Shown here in pieces: positions 51,015 through 60,146 of a stretch of DNA of 64,000 nt (position 1 is its first letter; each line of letters begins with the position of its first letter). The translations under genes and the position numbers were made by a program. The notes beneath the pieces were generated by a model. That model was given only the letters and a program-made list of their open reading frames with translations, was not told where the DNA came from and ran no database searches. Source of the DNA: Clostridia bacterium (GTDB lineage Bacteria > Bacillota > Clostridia > Oscillospirales > CAG-382). The stretch is from assembly GCA_017434845.1 (NCBI GenBank), contig JAFSGD010000060.1:5862-69861 (forward strand). Direction: 5' to 3'.

Positions 51015-52334
51015 TTATGAATTGCGAAGATCGAGAACACGTTTTGCCTTGCCCGTGAAGCGTTCGATGGAATTGGGTTCAACGAGCGTTACCTTGATCT
51101 CTATGCCGAGAATGTTTTTGATGTTATCGTGAATGCGCTTTTGAAGTGCAACGAGCGCACCGTAGTTTTCAAGCAGACCGCCGTCGATAAGCTCAACACG
51201 AACCTCCATCGAATCGGAATAGCCCTCTCTTCTGAGAACAAGAAGATAGTTGGGGCTGATCTCATTAAAGCCGATAAGTGCGCTTTCAACCTGCGAGGGA
51301 AATACGTTAACGCCGCGAACCTTGATCATATCGTCGCTTCTGCCGATGATCTTGTGCATTCTTGCACTTGTTCTGCCGCACTTGCAGGGCTCGTAGTTAA
51401 GGTTGGTTATATCCTTGGTTCTGTAACGAAGCATGGGCAGACCGCGTTTGGTTAGATTGGTAACAACAAGCTCGCCGGTCGAACCGCGTTCGAGAACCTT
51501 TCCGCTTGCGGAATCGATTATCTCGCAAAGGAAATGGTCTTCGTTTATGTGCAATCCGTCGCGGTATAGGCATTCGCCCGACATACCGGGGCCGTTAAGC
51601 TCGCTCATTCCATAGTTATCGGTACAGAAGAAGCCGTTGCCCCAATGCTTTTCGATTTCGGCGCGCATTTCGGGGGTTGAGCCCTCGCTGCCGAGAATGC
51701 CGTATTTGAGGTTATAGCTCGACATGGGATATTTATCCGACATGGAATGCGCCGCCTCGGCAAGATACATACAATAAGAGGGGGTTGCAACGATTGCATC
51801 GGTTTGGAAATCACGCATGAATTTAAGCTGTTTTTCGGTGTTGCCCGAGCTGGTGGGAACTACCGAAGCACCGATCTTTTCCAAGCCGTAGTGCAAGCCG
51901 AGCGCACCCGTGAACATACCGTAGCCAAAGCAGATCTGAACCGTTGTGCCCTCGTGCGCGCCTGCGGCAACGGCAAGGCGGGCAACCTGCTCGGTCCAAT
52001 GCTCCATATCCTCGCGGGTGTAGGCAACAACGGTGGGGTTGCCTGTCGTTCCCGAAGAAGCGTGAATGCGAACTATTTTTTCTCTCGGAACAGAAAGCAT
52101 TCCGAAGGGATAAGTATCGCGAAGATCATCCTTGGTGGTATAGGGAATATATTCAATATCGGAAAGACATTTGATTTTATCTGCCGTTACTCCCGCGGCG
52201 GCAAGTCTTTTTGCATAGAACTCGGAATTCTTTTCGCAATAGTCGACAAGCGCCTTTAAGCGCTCGAGCTGTAACGCCTCAAGCTCCTTTCGGGGCATAC
52301 ATTCCATTTCTTTATTGAAGATTCTGTTTTCCAT
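51015..52334 (-). CDS. paaK: Phenylacetate-CoA ligase family (copy 1)
   Basis: HASSGTTG, YGMSE, RYRTKD, GRSDDM. Confidence 0.92.
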   Translation of the reverse strand: MENRIFNKEMECMPRKELEALQLERLKALVDYCEKNSEFYAKRLAAAGVTADKIKCLSDIEYIPYTTKDDLRDTYPFGMLSVPREKIVRIHASSGTTGNPTVVAYTREDMEHWTEQVARLAVAAGAHEGTTVQICFGYGMFTGALGLHYGLEKIGASVVPTSSGNTEKQLKFMRDFQTDAIVATPSYCMYLAEAAHSMSDKYPMSSYNLKYGILGSEGSTPEMRAEIEKHWGNGFFCTDNYGMSELNGPGMSGECLYRDGLHINEDHFLCEIIDSASGKVLERGSTGELVVTNLTKRGLPMLRYRTKDITNLNYEPCKCGRTSARMHKIIGRSDDMIKVRGVNVFPSQVESALIGFNEISPNYLLVLRREGYSDSMEVRVELIDGGLLENYGALVALQKRIHDNIKNILGIEIKVTLVEPNSIERFTGKAKRVLDLRNS

Positions 52335-52517
52335 CAGTTGCTCGCTCTCTTCCCTTTCAAGAGAGCTTTTCTCCTTTATGTGTTAGCCGAAGCATTATTG
52401 CCTGTATATTCTGAATAATTATACTCTTGTTTATTGCAAAAAGCAATAGTAAAACGACAAAATAACGGCTTTCGGAACAAAAAAATGAAACCGAAAAGCC
52501 GTTATTCTTGCATATTT

Positions 52518-52973
52518 TTACTTTTCTGCCAGCATTTTCTTAAGCTCGTCCATAAACGCGCCAAGGTCTTTGAACTGGCGATAGACCGAAGCAAAGCGGA
52601 TATAGGCAACCTCGTCAAGATCCTTGAGCTTGTCCATTACCATTTCGCCGATGCGCTCTGAGGTTATCTCGTTTTGAAGCGTGTTCTGAAGCGCGTTTTC
52701 AATCTCGGTAACGGCAGAGTTCATTTGCGAAAGCGTTACCTGGCGCTTGTCGCAGGCGCGGATAATGCTGTTTAATATCTTGTTTCTGTCGAAGGTCTCG
52801 CGAGAGAGGTCTTTTTTAATAACGATAAGCGGAAGCGTTTCGATATTTTCATAGGTCGTAAAGCGCTTTTGACATTCGAGACATTCGCGACGGCGGCGAA
52901 TTGAGCTGCCGTCGGCGGCGGGGCGCGAATCGATTACCTTGCTTTCAGCATGGCCGCAAAGGGGACATTTCAT
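52518..52973 (-). CDS. nrdR: Transcriptional repressor NrdR
   Basis: MKCPLC, RRRREC..C, ATP cone, [10 protein letters not shown]. Confidence 0.97.
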   Translation of the reverse strand: MKCPLCGHAESKVIDSRPAADGSSIRRRRECLECQKRFTTYENIETLPLIVIKKDLSRETFDRNKILNSIIRACDKRQVTLSQMNSAVTEIENALQNTLQNEITSERIGEMVMDKLKDLDEVAYIRFASVYRQFKDLGAFMDELKKMLAEK

Positions 52974-52991
52974 ATCGTTTATCCTCCTGAT

Positions 52992-53690
52992 TTAAGCAAT
53001 TTCAAGGCAAAGCCTTATCATATCGTTAAAGCCGGTTTGTCTTTCTTCGGTAGAGAGCTCTTCTTTTGTGAACATATGATTGCTGACGGTGCAAACGCAA
53101 AGCGCCTTTGCCTTTGCCTTTGCCGCGATCATATAAAGCGCGGCGGCTTCCATTTCAACACCGAGAATTCCCATTTCTTTCCATTGGGCATTAACCTTTT
53201 CGGGTGCATAGAAAACGTCGGTAGAATAAATGTTGCCTACCTTAACGCTTATGCCGAGCTCGCGTGCCTTTGCATCGGCGGCTTTTAAAAGCTCGAAATC
53301 GGCAATGGGCGCGAAGGTTCCGGGAAGCTCATATTGCCAAGCGAAGTTGCTGTCATGGCAAACGCCCTGCGCGATAATTATATCGCGGCAGTTAACTCCG
53401 TCGCCGATGCCGCCCGCGCTGCCCGCGCGGATAATTTGCTTAACGCCATAGTGGTTGTAAAGCTCATAGGAATAAATGCCTATCGACGCCATGCCCATTC
53501 CATGACCCATAACCGAAACGCGCTTGCCCTTATAATAGCCGGTGTAGCCGAGCATACCGCGAACCTCGTTGAAGCAAACGGCGTTTTCGAGATAGGTTTC
53601 GGCGATGTATTTGATTCTTAACGGATCGCCGCACATTATAACGGTTTCGGCAATGTCGCCGATTTTTGCGGAATTGTGGGGAGTTGACAT
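52992..53690 (-). CDS. deoD: Purine nucleoside phosphorylase (DeoD type)
   Basis: TPH, GDPLR, GHGMG, VEME. Confidence 0.95.
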   Translation of the reverse strand: MSTPHNSAKIGDIAETVIMCGDPLRIKYIAETYLENAVCFNEVRGMLGYTGYYKGKRVSVMGHGMGMASIGIYSYELYNHYGVKQIIRAGSAGGIGDGVNCRDIIIAQGVCHDSNFAWQYELPGTFAPIADFELLKAADAKARELGISVKVGNIYSTDVFYAPEKVNAQWKEMGILGVEMEAAALYMIAAKAKAKALCVCTVSNHMFTKEELSTEERQTGFNDMIRLCLEIA

Positions 53691-53740
53691 ATAAAACCTC
53701 CGGTTTTTTGTGAAGAGTTAATTTCAAAAACGAATAATTT

Positions 53741-54091
53741 TTATTTCTCTTGTTCTTCGGGAAAATCAGGATACTTCACATCCATAATGCTTCCCATTTC
53801 TTTCATGAAATCTAAATATTCTTCAGGATAGACAAGACGAAGCTTAGGGATTTCGCCATTATCGGATTGCAACGCCAACGCGCCGGGTTTCCAGTCAGTA
53901 AGTACACACATCCCTTGTGTTGCCGTGCCATTGGCAAAATTGATATGTATTAAACACTCAACCTCATCATACTGCGAAGCTATGCTGTTAATGTTTGCAA
54001 ACAGGGTCCATACAGTTAGCTTTTCCGCAGGGATTTCATCAAACAATCGTTCGCATTCGTCGATAAGCTTTAATACAAGCTCTTCTTTCAT
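53741..54091 (-). CDS. Hypothetical acidic protein (116 aa)
   Basis: AAGGAAG RBS; AT-richer than its neighbours; no recognisable motif. Confidence 0.7.
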   Translation of the reverse strand: MKEELVLKLIDECERLFDEIPAEKLTVWTLFANINSIASQYDEVECLIHINFANGTATQGMCVLTDWKPGALALQSDNGEIPKLRLVYPEEYLDFMKEMGSIMDVKYPDFPEEQEK

Positions 54092-54165
54092 AGTGGTTCT
54101 TCCTTAATGACTTTTTACTTTATTGTTTTTTATCGAAAACATCAGAGATATACAATAAAAATCTT

Positions 54166-54303
54166 TATAAAAATCCGCGACACGCGCGTGGATTTTTATA
54201 CCTATGAGTTCCGAGGGTTCGGACAACGAGCGAAGCAAGGCGCACGGACCCTGCGCGAGCGTACGGAACTCCAAAACCGATTAAAATCGAAAGATTTTAA
54301 TCG
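54166..54303. repeat. Cluster of three hairpins (REP-like structured element)
   Basis: Stems 54166-54176/54190-54200, 54206-54213/54264-54271 and 54278-54288/54293-54303. Confidence 0.7.
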
Positions 54304-54316
54304 AACGCGTCAGCGA

Positions 54317-55567
54317 TCAATGTTGCCAAGCGCCCAAATATTTCTTCTGGTTTTCGGTCAAGGTGTCGATCTTGCAGCCCCAGAATGCAAGCTTGCGGCG
54401 AGCAACCTCTTCATCAACCTCACGCGGAACGATAAAGAGCTTTTCTTTGATCTTGCCCTGATTTTTAACAAGATGGAGCGCAGAAAGCGCCTGAATTGCA
54501 AACGACATATCCATTATTTCGGCGGGGTGGCCGTCGCCTGCGCAGATATTTACCAATCTGCCCTCGGCGATAACGTAAACGGTGTTGCCGTTGGGAAGCT
54601 TATAGCCGATTATATTGTTGCGAGCCTCGAAGGTTTCGACCGCATATTCGCGAAGCGCCTTCATATCGACCTCAACGTCGAAATGGCCCGCGTTTGTGAG
54701 GATCGCGCCATCCTTAAGAAGCGGAAAATGCTTTGTGGTTATTATTTCGCAGTTGCCGGTTACGGTGCAGAAGAAATCGCCCTCTTTTGCGGCATCCTCC
54801 ATGGGCATAACGGCAAAGCCGTCCATAACCGCTTCCATGGCGCGAATGGGGTCAACTTCGGTTACGATAACCGATGCACCCAAGCCCTTTGCGCGCATTG
54901 CAACGCCCTTGCCGCACCAGCCATAGCCTGCGACAACGACCTTTTTGCCCGCAACGATAAGGTTTGTGGTGCGATTGATACCGTCCCATACCGACTGACC
55001 GGTTCCATAGCGGTTATCGAAAAGATGCTTGCAATCGGCATCGTTAACAAGAACCATAGGAAATTCGAGAACGCCCTCTCTTGCCATTGCGTGCAAACGG
55101 ATTATGCCGGTTGTGGTCTCTTCACAGCCGCCGATAACGTTGGGAAGAAGCTCGCGGTATTTGGTGTGGATAAGATTTACGAGGTCGCCGCCGTCGTCGA
55201 TTATAATGTTAGGTCTGCCCTCGGCGATAACGCGCGAGGTGTGAGCCTCATATTCTTCGTCGGTACAGCCGTGCCAAGCATAAACGTTCAAGCCGCCGTG
55301 AACGAGCGCCGCGGCAACGTCATCCTGAGTGGAAAGAGGGTTGGAGCCGGTTATATACATTTCGGCACCGCCCGCCGCAAGAACGCGGCAGAGATATGCG
55401 GTTTTTGCCTCGAGATGCACCGAAAGCGCAACGCGCAAGCCCGAAAACGGCTTTGTTTTGCTGAATTCCTCTTCGATTCCGCGAAGAAGATCCATATTAT
55501 TCTTAACCCACTGTATTTTGGTTTCGCCGCTTTCCCACAGCGAAATATCTTTGATATCGTAAGACAT
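54317..55567 (-). CDS. ahcY: Adenosyl/inosyl-homocysteine hydrolase (short form)
   Basis: SNPLSTQD, DDGGD, EETTTG, FDNRYG, GYGWCGKG, EGRLVN, GHP. Confidence 0.96.
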   Translation of the reverse strand: MSYDIKDISLWESGETKIQWVKNNMDLLRGIEEEFSKTKPFSGLRVALSVHLEAKTAYLCRVLAAGGAEMYITGSNPLSTQDDVAAALVHGGLNVYAWHGCTDEEYEAHTSRVIAEGRPNIIIDDGGDLVNLIHTKYRELLPNVIGGCEETTTGIIRLHAMAREGVLEFPMVLVNDADCKHLFDNRYGTGQSVWDGINRTTNLIVAGKKVVVAGYGWCGKGVAMRAKGLGASVIVTEVDPIRAMEAVMDGFAVMPMEDAAKEGDFFCTVTGNCEIITTKHFPLLKDGAILTNAGHFDVEVDMKALREYAVETFEARNNIIGYKLPNGNTVYVIAEGRLVNICAGDGHPAEIMDMSFAIQALSALHLVKNQGKIKEKLFIVPREVDEEVARRKLAFWGCKIDTLTENQKKYLGAWQH

Positions 55568-55583
55568 TTTTTGTTCCTCCTTA

Positions 55584-56843
55584 TCAATCGGTTGCTTCAA
55601 CGATTTTGTTTACGTTATAGAACAGTTGCTCTTCATCGATGGTGAGAAGCTGTTTGTTTTTCATAACGACCTTGCCGTTAAGAACGAGCGTGTCGGTCTC
55701 GCTGCCGTCGCAGCAATAGCAAACTGCGGCGTAATAGTTGCGAAGCGGAACCATTTGGGGCACGTTTGTGTCGAGCAGAGCAATATCTGCCGCCCAGCCC
55801 TCTTCAAGCTTGCCGAGTTTTTCAAATCCAAGCGCACGAGCGCCGTTTACGGTTGCAAAATCAAGCGCCTTCTTTGCGGGGATTGCAGTGCTGTCATAGT
55901 TGGTTCCCTTGTGAAGCAAAGTCATATAATTAAGCTCGGCAAACATATTAAGCGAGTTGTTCGAAGCCGCCGAATCGGTGCCGATACACACGTTAACGCC
56001 CGCTTGGTCGAGCTGATAGATAGGAGCAATGCCGTTGCCGAGCTTGAGGTTGCTTTTGGGGTTGGAAGCAACGCTTACGTTATATTTCGCAAGCAGGCTG
56101 ATATCGTTTTCGGTAAGCTGAACGCAATGCGCGGCAAGCGTTTTGTTTTCGAAAAGACCGAGGCTTGCAACGTATTCGGTGGGGGTGCAGCCGTTATCGC
56201 GCAGGCAATCCTCAAACTCCGCCTTGCTTTCGGAAAGGTGAATGTTAAGACCGAGCCCCAAGCGTTTTGCCTCGGCGGAAACCTTTAAAAGAAATTCCTT
56301 ATCGCAGGTGTAGATAGCGTGGGGTGCGAGCATGAATTTTATGTTGTCATAGCCCTTGAATTCTTCTATCTCGGCATATTGCTCGTCGAGGCGGCGTTGT
56401 CCGCCGTCGCTACCCGTTAAGCCGCGCGAAACAACCGCGCGCATTCCCGAATCGATCGCCGCCCTTGCCGAAGCACCGGGGAAAAGATGCATATCGCAAA
56501 AGGTTCCGCAGCCGCGGCGTATCATTTCGGCGCAGGCAAGCAAAGAGCCCCAATATGCCTGCTCGTTATTAAGTTTTTCTTCGCGGGGCATAACGCCCTC
56601 GAAAAGCCATTGCATAAAAGGCAGATCATCAGCGGCGTTGCGAAGCACCGACATATATGCATGGGTATGTGCGTTTACAAACGCGGGAATTGCGAGGCGG
56701 CTTCCGCCTTCGACGGTTTCATCGGCAACGAAGCCATCGGGCACCGAGCCGATTGATTTGATGATTCCGTTTGAAACGCAGATATCGGCGGTTTTAAGCT
56801 TATCGCCATCGGGCAAAATAATATTTTTAATAAGAAGATTCAT
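55584..56843 (-). CDS. mtaD: MTA/SAH deaminase (amidohydrolase family)
   Basis: NAHTH, APHAIY, HLSE, AHCV, SNLKL, GTDSAASN. Confidence 0.85.
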   Translation of the reverse strand: MNLLIKNIILPDGDKLKTADICVSNGIIKSIGSVPDGFVADETVEGGSRLAIPAFVNAHTHAYMSVLRNAADDLPFMQWLFEGVMPREEKLNNEQAYWGSLLACAEMIRRGCGTFCDMHLFPGASARAAIDSGMRAVVSRGLTGSDGGQRRLDEQYAEIEEFKGYDNIKFMLAPHAIYTCDKEFLLKVSAEAKRLGLGLNIHLSESKAEFEDCLRDNGCTPTEYVASLGLFENKTLAAHCVQLTENDISLLAKYNVSVASNPKSNLKLGNGIAPIYQLDQAGVNVCIGTDSAASNNSLNMFAELNYMTLLHKGTNYDSTAIPAKKALDFATVNGARALGFEKLGKLEEGWAADIALLDTNVPQMVPLRNYYAAVCYCCDGSETDTLVLNGKVVMKNKQLLTIDEEQLFYNVNKIVEATD

Positions 56844-56894
56844 TTAAAAATGCTCCTTTTACACAAAAATACTTTCCATATTTATACATTTTCT

Positions 56895-56961
56895 ATTATA
56901 CAATGGAAATTTATAAAAATCAAGAAAAATAGTTGATATTCCAAACATTAAGTGATATAAT
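56895..56961. promoter_or_regulatory. Back-to-back sigma-A promoters (mtaD and nfnA)
   Basis: Minus strand TTGATT-17-TATAAT (56923-56895); plus strand TTGATA-17-TATAAT (56933-56961). Confidence 0.65.
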
Positions 56962-57001
56962 TATAATTCCGAAAAATTGCTTTTGAAATCAGGTGTTCAA
57001 A

Positions 57002-57847
57002 ATGTTTAAAATAGTTTCCAAAGAATCGCTTAACCCCACGGTTTCGAGAATGGTTATCGAAGCTCCCGAAATAGCGAAAAAGGCACAACCCGGTCAGTTT
57101 ATAATTCTTCGTGTTGATGAAGAGGGCGAAAGAATCCCCCTCACCATTGCCGATTATGATGCAAGCGCGGGCACCGTTACGATAATTTATCAGATAGTAG
57201 GTGCTACGACCAAGCTTCTCGATTCGAAAAGCGAGGGCGAATATATTCAGGACTTTGTCGGCCCGCTCGGAAAACCCACCGAAACAGAAGGCATTAAAAA
57301 GGTTGCCGTTATCGGCGGCGGCGTTGGCTGTGCTATCGCACTTCCCGTCGCAAAGAAGCTTCACGAGCTCGGTGCCGAGGTCCACTCGGTCGTCGGCTTC
57401 AGAAACAAGGATCTCGTTATTCTTTCCGATGAGTTTACCGCCTGCAGCGACAAATATCTTATCATGACCGACGACGGCTCTATCGGCGAAAAGGGTCTTG
57501 TTACCGATGCGCTCAGAAAGCTTATCGAAAGCGGCGAAAAATACGATGAGGTAATCGCGATAGGTCCGCTTATAATGATGAAGTTCGTTTGCAAGCTCAC
57601 CAAGGAGTTCGGCATCAAAACAACAGTCAGCATGAATCCCATTATGATTGACGGAACCGGAATGTGCGGCGGTTGCCGCCTTACCGTCGGCGGCAAGGTT
57701 AAGTTTGCCTGCGTTGACGGACCCGATTTCGACGGCCACGAGGTCGATTTCGACGAAGCCATGGAACGCGGCTCTATGTATAAAGAATTCGAGCGCCACC
57801 GCTATGAAGATACCTGCAACCTGCTTAACAAAGCAGAAGCTAACTAA
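57002..57847 (+). CDS. nfnA: NADH-dependent reduced ferredoxin:NADP+ oxidoreductase small subunit (SudB/PyrK-like)
   Basis: GERIPLTIAD, GPLG, GGGVG, MIDGTGMCGGCR, CVDGP. Confidence 0.92.
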   Translation: MFKIVSKESLNPTVSRMVIEAPEIAKKAQPGQFIILRVDEEGERIPLTIADYDASAGTVTIIYQIVGATTKLLDSKSEGEYIQDFVGPLGKPTETEGIKKVAVIGGGVGCAIALPVAKKLHELGAEVHSVVGFRNKDLVILSDEFTACSDKYLIMTDDGSIGEKGLVTDALRKLIESGEKYDEVIAIGPLIMMKFVCKLTKEFGIKTTVSMNPIMIDGTGMCGGCRLTVGGKVKFACVDGPDFDGHEVDFDEAMERGSMYKEFERHRYEDTCNLLNKAEAN

Positions 57848-57865
57848 TGCGGGGAGGAAACAAAA

Positions 57866-59251
57866 ATGCCTAATATGTCTTTGAAAAAGAACGAGATGCC
57901 GCACCAGGCTCCCGAAATAAGAAGCCGCAACTTCGAAGAGGTTGCTCTCGGCTATACCGCCGAGCAGGCGATCGACGAAGCAAAGCGCTGCCTTAACTGC
58001 AAAAACAGACCTTGTGTTTCTGGCTGCCCCGTTAACATAGCTATTCCCGATTTTATCGCCCGCGTTGCCGAAGGCGACTTTGAGGGCGCTTATGAAATAA
58101 TCACCCGCCAAAGCTCTTTGCCCGCTGTTTGCGGAAGAGTTTGCCCCCAGGAATCGCAGTGCGAAAAGAACTGCGTTCGCGGAATTAAGGGCGAGCCCGT
58201 TGCAATAGGCAGACTTGAGCGCTTTGTTGCCGATTACCACAACGCAAACTGCACAACGCTTCCCGTTGCGCCCGAAAGCAACGGCAAAAGAGTTGCCGTT
58301 ATAGGTTCGGGCCCTTCGGGACTTACCTGTGCGGGCGATCTTGCCAAAAAGGGCTATAAGGTTACCGTTTTCGAGGCGTTGCACGTTGCAGGCGGTGTTC
58401 TTGTTTACGGTATTCCCGAATTCCGTTTGCCCAAGGCAATAGTTGCAAAAGAGATCGAGACCTTAAAGGCGCTCGGCGTTGAAATAAAGACCAACTCTGT
58501 CGTAGGCAAGCTCGTTTCGGTTGACGAGCTCTTCGAGCAGGGCTTCGAGGCTGTGTTTATAGGCTCGGGCGCAGGTCTGCCCAGATTTATGGGTATTGAG
58601 GGCGAAAACCTCAAGGGCGTTTACTCGGCGAACGAGTTCTTGACCCGAATCAACCTTATGAAAGCCTACCGCGACAACAGCATGACCCCCATCTTCCACG
58701 CAAAGAAGGTTGCGGTCGTCGGCGGCGGCAACGTTGCGATGGACGCGGCAAGAAGCGCGCTCAGATTGGGCGCAGACGAGGTTTATATCGTTTACCGCCG
58801 CGGTGAAAGCGAGCTTCCCGCAAGAGCCGAAGAGGTCGAGCACGCAAAGGAAGAGGGCGTTATATTTAAGCTTCTTACCAACCCCAAGCGCATTCTTAAA
58901 GGCGAAAACGGCTTTGTTTGCGGAATGGAATGCGTTGAAATGGGTCTTGGCGAGCCCGATGCTTCGGGAAGAAGAAGACCTATTGAGATCGAAGGAAGCG
59001 AATTCGTTCTCGACGTTGATTGCGTTATCATGGCGATCGGCACATCGCCCAACCCGCTTATCAAATCGACCACAGAGGGCCTTGCAACAGAAAAGTGGGG
59101 CGGAATTATTGCCGACGAAAGCGGCTTGACCTCGCGCGAGAACGTTTATGCGGGCGGCGACGCCGTTACCGGTGCCGCAACCGTTATTCTTGCGATGGGT
59201 GCAGGCAAAACCGCCGCAACCGCCATCGACAAAAAGCTCTCGGGCAAATAA
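57866..59251 (+). CDS. nfnB: Nfn large subunit (GltD/SudA-like)
   Basis: RCLNC..C..CP, CGRVCPQE, GSGPSG, YGIPEFRLP, GGGNVAMD, GGDAVTG; no gltB adjacent. Confidence 0.9.
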   Translation: MPNMSLKKNEMPHQAPEIRSRNFEEVALGYTAEQAIDEAKRCLNCKNRPCVSGCPVNIAIPDFIARVAEGDFEGAYEIITRQSSLPAVCGRVCPQESQCEKNCVRGIKGEPVAIGRLERFVADYHNANCTTLPVAPESNGKRVAVIGSGPSGLTCAGDLAKKGYKVTVFEALHVAGGVLVYGIPEFRLPKAIVAKEIETLKALGVEIKTNSVVGKLVSVDELFEQGFEAVFIGSGAGLPRFMGIEGENLKGVYSANEFLTRINLMKAYRDNSMTPIFHAKKVAVVGGGNVAMDAARSALRLGADEVYIVYRRGESELPARAEEVEHAKEEGVIFKLLTNPKRILKGENGFVCGMECVEMGLGEPDASGRRRPIEIEGSEFVLDVDCVIMAIGTSPNPLIKSTTEGLATEKWGGIIADESGLTSRENVYAGGDAVTGAATVILAMGAGKTAATAIDKKLSGK

Positions 59252-59272
59252 TTTTTCTTGAACCCTTTAATA

Positions 59273-59313
59273 ACAAAATCCTCTCGTTATCATAACACGA
59301 GAGGATTTTTGTT
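59273..59313. terminator. Bidirectional terminator
   Basis: AACAAAATCCTCTCG...CGAGAGGATTTTGTT. Confidence 0.8.
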
Positions 59314-59350
59314 TTATATGCAAGAATTTCATCGGGCTTTGCAAGCGCAA

Positions 59351-60079
59351 TCAGCCTTCGGGCAGCTCGCTTTCGGGATCAACGAGCTCGCCGTCGAAGC
59401 GAAGCTCGAAATGAAGATGAGGAGGATCGGCGCTTTCGATGCGAGCGGTGTTGCCCACCTTGCCGATTATCTGCCCCGCAAGCACCTCGTTGCCGACCGA
59501 AACGATCTCGGCAAGCGCGGGATCGAGGTTCATATAATAGGATATAGCGCCTTCATCGTGAGTTATCGAAACGGTTACGCCATAGAAATAATCTTCGGTT
59601 ACCGAAGAGATAACGCCGTTTGAATAGGCGACAACGTCGCTTCCGAGCTCGGCTTGAATATCAACGCCGGAATGAACGCGGTAATCCTTCATGGTTTCGG
59701 AAAAGACCAGAGCATCCATGCTGAAGCCCTTAATTATCTCGCCCGAAACAGGGCGATAGAACATAACCTCGGGCTCGGGCTCGCTCAGCTCGGCATCAAC
59801 GCCGCTTTCTTCGCCGCCGACGGGAATTTCGGGCTTTGAGGGTTCGTCGGGAGGGGTTTGCGAGCTTTCGGGACTGAAATCGAGCTCGGGAAAGGAAACG
59901 GGCGGGATGCTTTCGTTATAGTCATAAGAAATGCTGAAGATGCCAACCGTTGCGACGACCACGACCGCGATAGCCAAACAAAGATATATTATCGCCGAAA
60001 AGCGCGCAACCTTTTTGGTTAAGGGTTCGGGACTTTCGCCGGAGCTGACGTTGCTGTTTTTTTCGTTGTTTTCGTTCAT
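59351..60079 (-). CDS. spoIIQ: SpoIIQ-like membrane-anchored M23/LytM protein
   Basis: N-terminal TM helix, Pro/Glu linker, HSGVD and HLHFE; directly downstream of a spoIID-like gene. Confidence 0.75.
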   Translation of the reverse strand: MNENNEKNSNVSSGESPEPLTKKVARFSAIIYLCLAIAVVVVATVGIFSISYDYNESIPPVSFPELDFSPESSQTPPDEPSKPEIPVGGEESGVDAELSEPEPEVMFYRPVSGEIIKGFSMDALVFSETMKDYRVHSGVDIQAELGSDVVAYSNGVISSVTEDYFYGVTVSITHDEGAISYYMNLDPALAEIVSVGNEVLAGQIIGKVGNTARIESADPPHLHFELRFDGELVDPESELPEG

Positions 60080-60146
60080 AGGTTCTCCCCCTGAAAGTGT
60101 TTTGTCATTGGCTATTGTTTACACTTTCGGGGCGAGTTATTCGGTT

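Noticed and set aside
56844-57000. SAM/SAH riboswitch upstream of mtaD-ahcY
   Set aside because: The leader is short and AT-rich, filled by two divergent promoters, with no recognisable aptamer.
57866-59251. Glutamate synthase small subunit
   Set aside because: No gltB adjacent; pairing with a PyrK/SudB-like gene indicates NfnAB.
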